A stretch of 20,338 nucleotides of DNA from Candidatus Thalassarchaeaceae archaeon. GTDB lineage: Archaea; Thermoplasmatota; Poseidoniia; Poseidoniales; Thalassarchaeaceae. Below the pieces are notes generated by a model, which was not told the origin of the DNA, did no database searches, and worked only from the letters and a program-made list of their open reading frames with translations. Position numbers and translations under genes: made by a program. The stretch spans positions 1 through 20,338 of the forward strand of contig JASLKH010000031.1 of the NCBI GenBank assembly GCA_030747675.1, given 5' to 3'. This document shows, piece after piece, positions 17,095-20,338 of this stretch; the first letter of the stretch is position 1; the number at the start of each line of letters is the position of its first letter.

Positions 17095-18747
17095 ATGCGT
17101 TATGTCGTAGTGTCGGGCGGGGTCCTCAGTGGAATAGGGAAAGGAGTAACGGCGAGTAGCATCGGCGTTTTATTGAAATCGATGGGTTTGAAAGTCACTG
17201 CAATCAAGATTGACCCCTACCTAAACAGCGATGCTGGAACCATGAGTCCTTTTGAACATGGAGAAGTTTTCGTATTAGATGACGGAGGGGAAGTCGACCT
17301 TGATTTGGGTAATTATGAGCGGTTTCTTGACATTCGTTTGGGACGCGATAATAATCTAACTACAGGAAAAGTATACTCAGCAGTGATCGAAAGAGAACGA
17401 AGAGGAGATTACCTTGGAAAAACGGTTCAAGTTGTCCCCCACATTACAAATGAAATTCAAGAATGGATTGAAAAAGTTGCCCAACAATGTAGCGATGGTA
17501 GTGGAGATAAACCCGATGTTTGTGTTATTGAATTAGGTGGCACCGTCGGAGATATCGAAAGCGCACCATTTGTTGAGGCCTTGCGTCAATTCCAATTCCG
17601 AGTAGGGAGAGAAAATATCTGTTTCTTCCATGTATCATTAGTTCCAGTTATCGGTGTAGTTGGCGAACAGAAAACGAAACCAACACAACATACGGTCAAA
17701 GAATTAAGAGCCGCAGGTTTAGCTCCCGATTTCCTTGTTTGCAGGAGTAGTGAACCACTCTTACCTGAAGTGAAAGATAAATTGTCTTCATTTTGTCATG
17801 TAGATCCGGCTCATGTTTTCAGTGCTCATGACGTGCCCAACATTTACCATGTCGCACTGATGATGGATGAGCAAGGAGCTTCCAAACTATTGGCATCCCG
17901 TCTTGGTCTATCAGTCCCGGAATCAAGACCACAGCTTGATGAATGGCGAACCATGGCGGCAAAAGTTGACAATCTGGACAAAGATTTGCGTATAGCAATG
18001 GTTGGAAAATACACTGGACTTTCAGACTCATATCTAAGTGTCATCAAAGCTTTGCAACATGCAGCATTTAATGCGGGCGCTAGGATGAACATTGATTGGG
18101 TCGAAGCCGAATACTTAGAACCTGAACAATTGACTGAAAATCCCGAAAAGCATGCAGAGTATTGGGCTATGGTCAAAGAAGCTGACGGAGTTTTGGTACC
18201 GGGTGGATTTGGTAATCGAGGTGTTGAAGGAAAAATGTGTGCTGCACGATATTGCCGTAAGTCAGGGAAGCCTTACCTTGGAATTTGTCTAGGTCTTCAA
18301 ATTGCAGTTATCGACTTTGCACGAGATGTTCTGGGTAAAATTGGGGCGAATAGCACTGAATTTGATGAAGCAACTCCGCACCCAACTGTCATTTTCATGC
18401 CTGAAGGAAGCAAGACACACATGGGAGGTACAATGCGATTAGGAAGCAGGCAAACAAATCTACAAACTGAAGATTGTGAAGCATTTAGATTGTATGGTGG
18501 CGAGATGAAAATCCATGAACGTCATCGCCATCGATACGAAGTCAATCCAGAAATGGTTGAAGAACTTGAAGCCGCAGGTCTACGGTTTGTGGGAAAAGAT
18601 ACTGAAGGTGAAAGAATGGAGATCATCGAATTAAAAGGGCACCCTTACTTCTTCGCTACTCAATATCACCCTGAATTCAAAAGTCGACCTAATAGACCAA
18701 GTCCACCTTTTGTTGGTTTAATCGAAGCCGCTCTTTCGGCGCAATAA
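17095..18747 (+). CDS. pyrG: CTP synthase (550 aa)
   Basis: SGGVLSGIGKG, KIDPYLN.DAGTMSP.EHGEV, GKYTGLSDSY, PGGFG, GICLG (catalytic Cys), RHRHRYEVN, QYHPE. Start set to ATG 17095. Confidence 0.98.
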   Translation: MRYVVVSGGVLSGIGKGVTASSIGVLLKSMGLKVTAIKIDPYLNSDAGTMSPFEHGEVFVLDDGGEVDLDLGNYERFLDIRLGRDNNLTTGKVYSAVIERERRGDYLGKTVQVVPHITNEIQEWIEKVAQQCSDGSGDKPDVCVIELGGTVGDIESAPFVEALRQFQFRVGRENICFFHVSLVPVIGVVGEQKTKPTQHTVKELRAAGLAPDFLVCRSSEPLLPEVKDKLSSFCHVDPAHVFSAHDVPNIYHVALMMDEQGASKLLASRLGLSVPESRPQLDEWRTMAAKVDNLDKDLRIAMVGKYTGLSDSYLSVIKALQHAAFNAGARMNIDWVEAEYLEPEQLTENPEKHAEYWAMVKEADGVLVPGGFGNRGVEGKMCAARYCRKSGKPYLGICLGLQIAVIDFARDVLGKIGANSTEFDEATPHPTVIFMPEGSKTHMGGTMRLGSRQTNLQTEDCEAFRLYGGEMKIHERHRHRYEVNPEMVEELEAAGLRFVGKDTEGERMEIIELKGHPYFFATQYHPEFKSRPNRPSPPFVGLIEAALSAQ

Positions 18748-18751
18748 TTGC

Positions 18752-19882
18752 TTAATCAACTGCGACTTTTAATAGTCTAGTTGTTCTATAACCTTGCAGA
18801 ACTTTAAGATATTTTTTCTCTGCGAATTGTTCATCCAATTCAGAATCACCGGTGTCTATTCGAAGTTGATTGACGGTTAGCATTTTTGCAGGTGTGACAA
18901 CCCCTAGAATATTTTCAATTCCAATAGCACGGAGGACTTCTGGCGAAAGTTGTAAGTTGCCACGCCCCAATAGAAATCCTTGTCCCCCCATTGGAGAAAC
19001 AAGTAAGACACAATGCCCATTATGTTCTGTTAGAACGTTAATTAATCCATCTTCGTCTAAATCGGTTCCAATTTGATTGATTCCAATTGAAACATCAATT
19101 CCAAGTAAAGTTGGTTCTAATCCTACCTCTTCAGCTATTGTTCGCAAGGTCCCCCCAGAACCCCAAATTACCATCATATCTTGATCATCAATGAATACCT
19201 CACGGATATGATCACCGAGTGCCTCCAATACTTCGTCCTCTGCAGCAGCATGAACTCGCATCTTAGCACCCTGCATCCATCTTGGACTTGCAGGTGTGAT
19301 TACTTCACCATACATTCGGACTGACCAATTCCCATCACGATAGAGTTCTTCGTCTAAATCCATCACTTCTGTACGTCCTTCCAACAAATCTCCTGATAGC
19401 CAAGCAAGGAGGACTTCTGCAGCCGCATTTGGGGACGCTGCAAAGCATCCACTGTGCATTTTTACGCCACCAGGAACACCAATCAAAGGTAAATTTCCAG
19501 CGTTGCATTCCTGTAAAGATTCAACGATATCACGAGTGGTGCCATCTCCCCCTGCATACAGTAACAAATCTATTTCCGAACTCACCAATGCCTTCACAGC
19601 ATCCCTTGTGGAATCAGCCGAGGTCATTTGAGGTGTATCATATACAATTGAATACTCATTTTTAGGAATCCAATCAGAACCCATTCTACCAGAACAAGTC
19701 AAAATTTCAATGCTAGAAAGCCCATCTTTACATCCCTCTATTGTTTGTTTCATTCGAGGACCAGATCTATCTTTAGCACCTGCTTCACGAGCTTCAAGCG
19801 CACGGCCGTCACTACCCTTGAAACCTAACCGGCCACCTAGACCTGCATCTGGATTCACAAGGATGCCTATACGGCGGGACAT
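18752..19882 (-). CDS. ATP-NAD kinase / AcoX-related protein
   Basis: IGILVNPDAG, GGDGTTRD, GVPGGVKMHSGCFA, GQGFLLGRGNLQLS motifs. Confidence 0.85.
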   Translation of the reverse strand: MSRRIGILVNPDAGLGGRLGFKGSDGRALEAREAGAKDRSGPRMKQTIEGCKDGLSSIEILTCSGRMGSDWIPKNEYSIVYDTPQMTSADSTRDAVKALVSSEIDLLLYAGGDGTTRDIVESLQECNAGNLPLIGVPGGVKMHSGCFAASPNAAAEVLLAWLSGDLLEGRTEVMDLDEELYRDGNWSVRMYGEVITPASPRWMQGAKMRVHAAAEDEVLEALGDHIREVFIDDQDMMVIWGSGGTLRTIAEEVGLEPTLLGIDVSIGINQIGTDLDEDGLINVLTEHNGHCVLLVSPMGGQGFLLGRGNLQLSPEVLRAIGIENILGVVTPAKMLTVNQLRIDTGDSELDEQFAEKKYLKVLQGYRTTRLLKVAVD

Positions 19883-19913
19883 ATCACTCGCAGGTCAACA
19901 ATATCCATCAAGT

Positions 19914-19928
19914 CTGCCCTATGGGCAG
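19914..19928. repeat. Palindrome CTGCCC-TAT-GGGCAG in the divergent intergenic region
   Basis: 6-bp perfect arms between two TATA-position motifs (19904-19911 minus, 19949-19956 plus). Confidence 0.5.
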
Positions 19929-19980
19929 GACGATGCTTAGCCAACGCATTGAAGGAGTAGACAGTTCTCGTAGTGATGGG

Positions 19981-20338
19981 ATGCGTATGTCAGAAGAAGA
20001 CCTTGACTCCATCGAAGACATCTTTGCAAAGGAGATGGCTGCCAAACTTGCTGCTCGTGCAGAAATGGAGCAAGATGAATCTATTCCAGACGCTCCTGAC
20101 GAACCTGAAAATGTCAGTGACGCTTTTGCAATTGGTGTTTCTAACCATATGCCTGTACTTTCTCCAGAACCAGTTTTCCCATCTAATGTCCCTTACGGTG
20201 AACCGATTTCACCTCTCACCAGTGCCCATCCTAAAGTTGACCCACTCTTGACACCACTAGGTCCTCCAGCATCTCCACCAATGGATGCTATGCCACCAGG
20301 GCCACCGCCTTCACAACCTCAAAAGGCACCCCCCGCTG
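19981..20338 (+). CDS. Hypothetical acidic then proline-rich protein, 3'-truncated by the window
   Basis: Not in the ORF track (no stop). MRMSEEDLDSIEDIFAKEMAAKLAARAEMEQDESIPDAPDEPE...PPASPPMDAMPPGPPPSQPQKAPPA, open to the end; start 19981 or 19987. Confidence 0.75.
   Translation, partial: MRMSEEDLDSIEDIFAKEMAAKLAARAEMEQDESIPDAPDEPENVSDAFAIGVSNHMPVLSPEPVFPSNVPYGEPISPLTSAHPKVDPLLTPLGPPASPPMDAMPPGPPPSQPQKAPPA

Noticed and set aside
599-19940. Remaining short ORFs nested in or antisense to the long CDSs
   Set aside because: No motifs; they overlap well-supported genes and are consistent with shadow ORFs.
19973-20251. 92-aa ORF from the track
   Set aside because: Shadow frame of the open Pro-rich ORF starting at 19981, which has more protein-like composition.
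1-20338. CRISPR arrays, transposases, tRNA introns, programmed frameshifts, in-frame stop recoding
   Set aside because: None seen; all long ORFs are uninterrupted.

Overview
Archaeal chromosomal segment, most likely Marine Group II / Poseidoniales (inferred from GGAGGTGA Shine-Dalgarno sites, intron-less archaeal tRNAs, a box C/D sRNA and the gene repertoire; not tested by search). It carries 2 tRNAs (Arg-TCT, Ala-GGC), a probable box C/D guide sRNA absent from the ORF track, and about 16 CDSs. These are a cold-shock protein that breaks off at a GATC site near the left edge, a SprT-like metalloprotease, an acyltransferase-3 protein, a secreted membrane-anchored M24 peptidase, a PAP2 protein, a translationally coupled three-gene glutamate-synthase-like operon, a small TFB-type Zn-ribbon protein, a PrsW protease, a DUF92 protein, a Cys-less redoxin/CcdA-like fusion, SDR-type threonine dehydrogenase, CTP synthase, an ATP-NAD/AcoX kinase-like protein and a partial Pro-rich ORF. 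The most interesting signals are the split glutamate synthase with two complementary degenerate barrel paralogues, the C/D sRNA with a guide matching the 23S A-loop, a recurrent non-canonical TATA-position motif, the eukaryote-type CTP synthase and the redox-dead redoxin fusion. No transposase, integrase or CRISPR array was seen. Family assignments are by motif recognition only.
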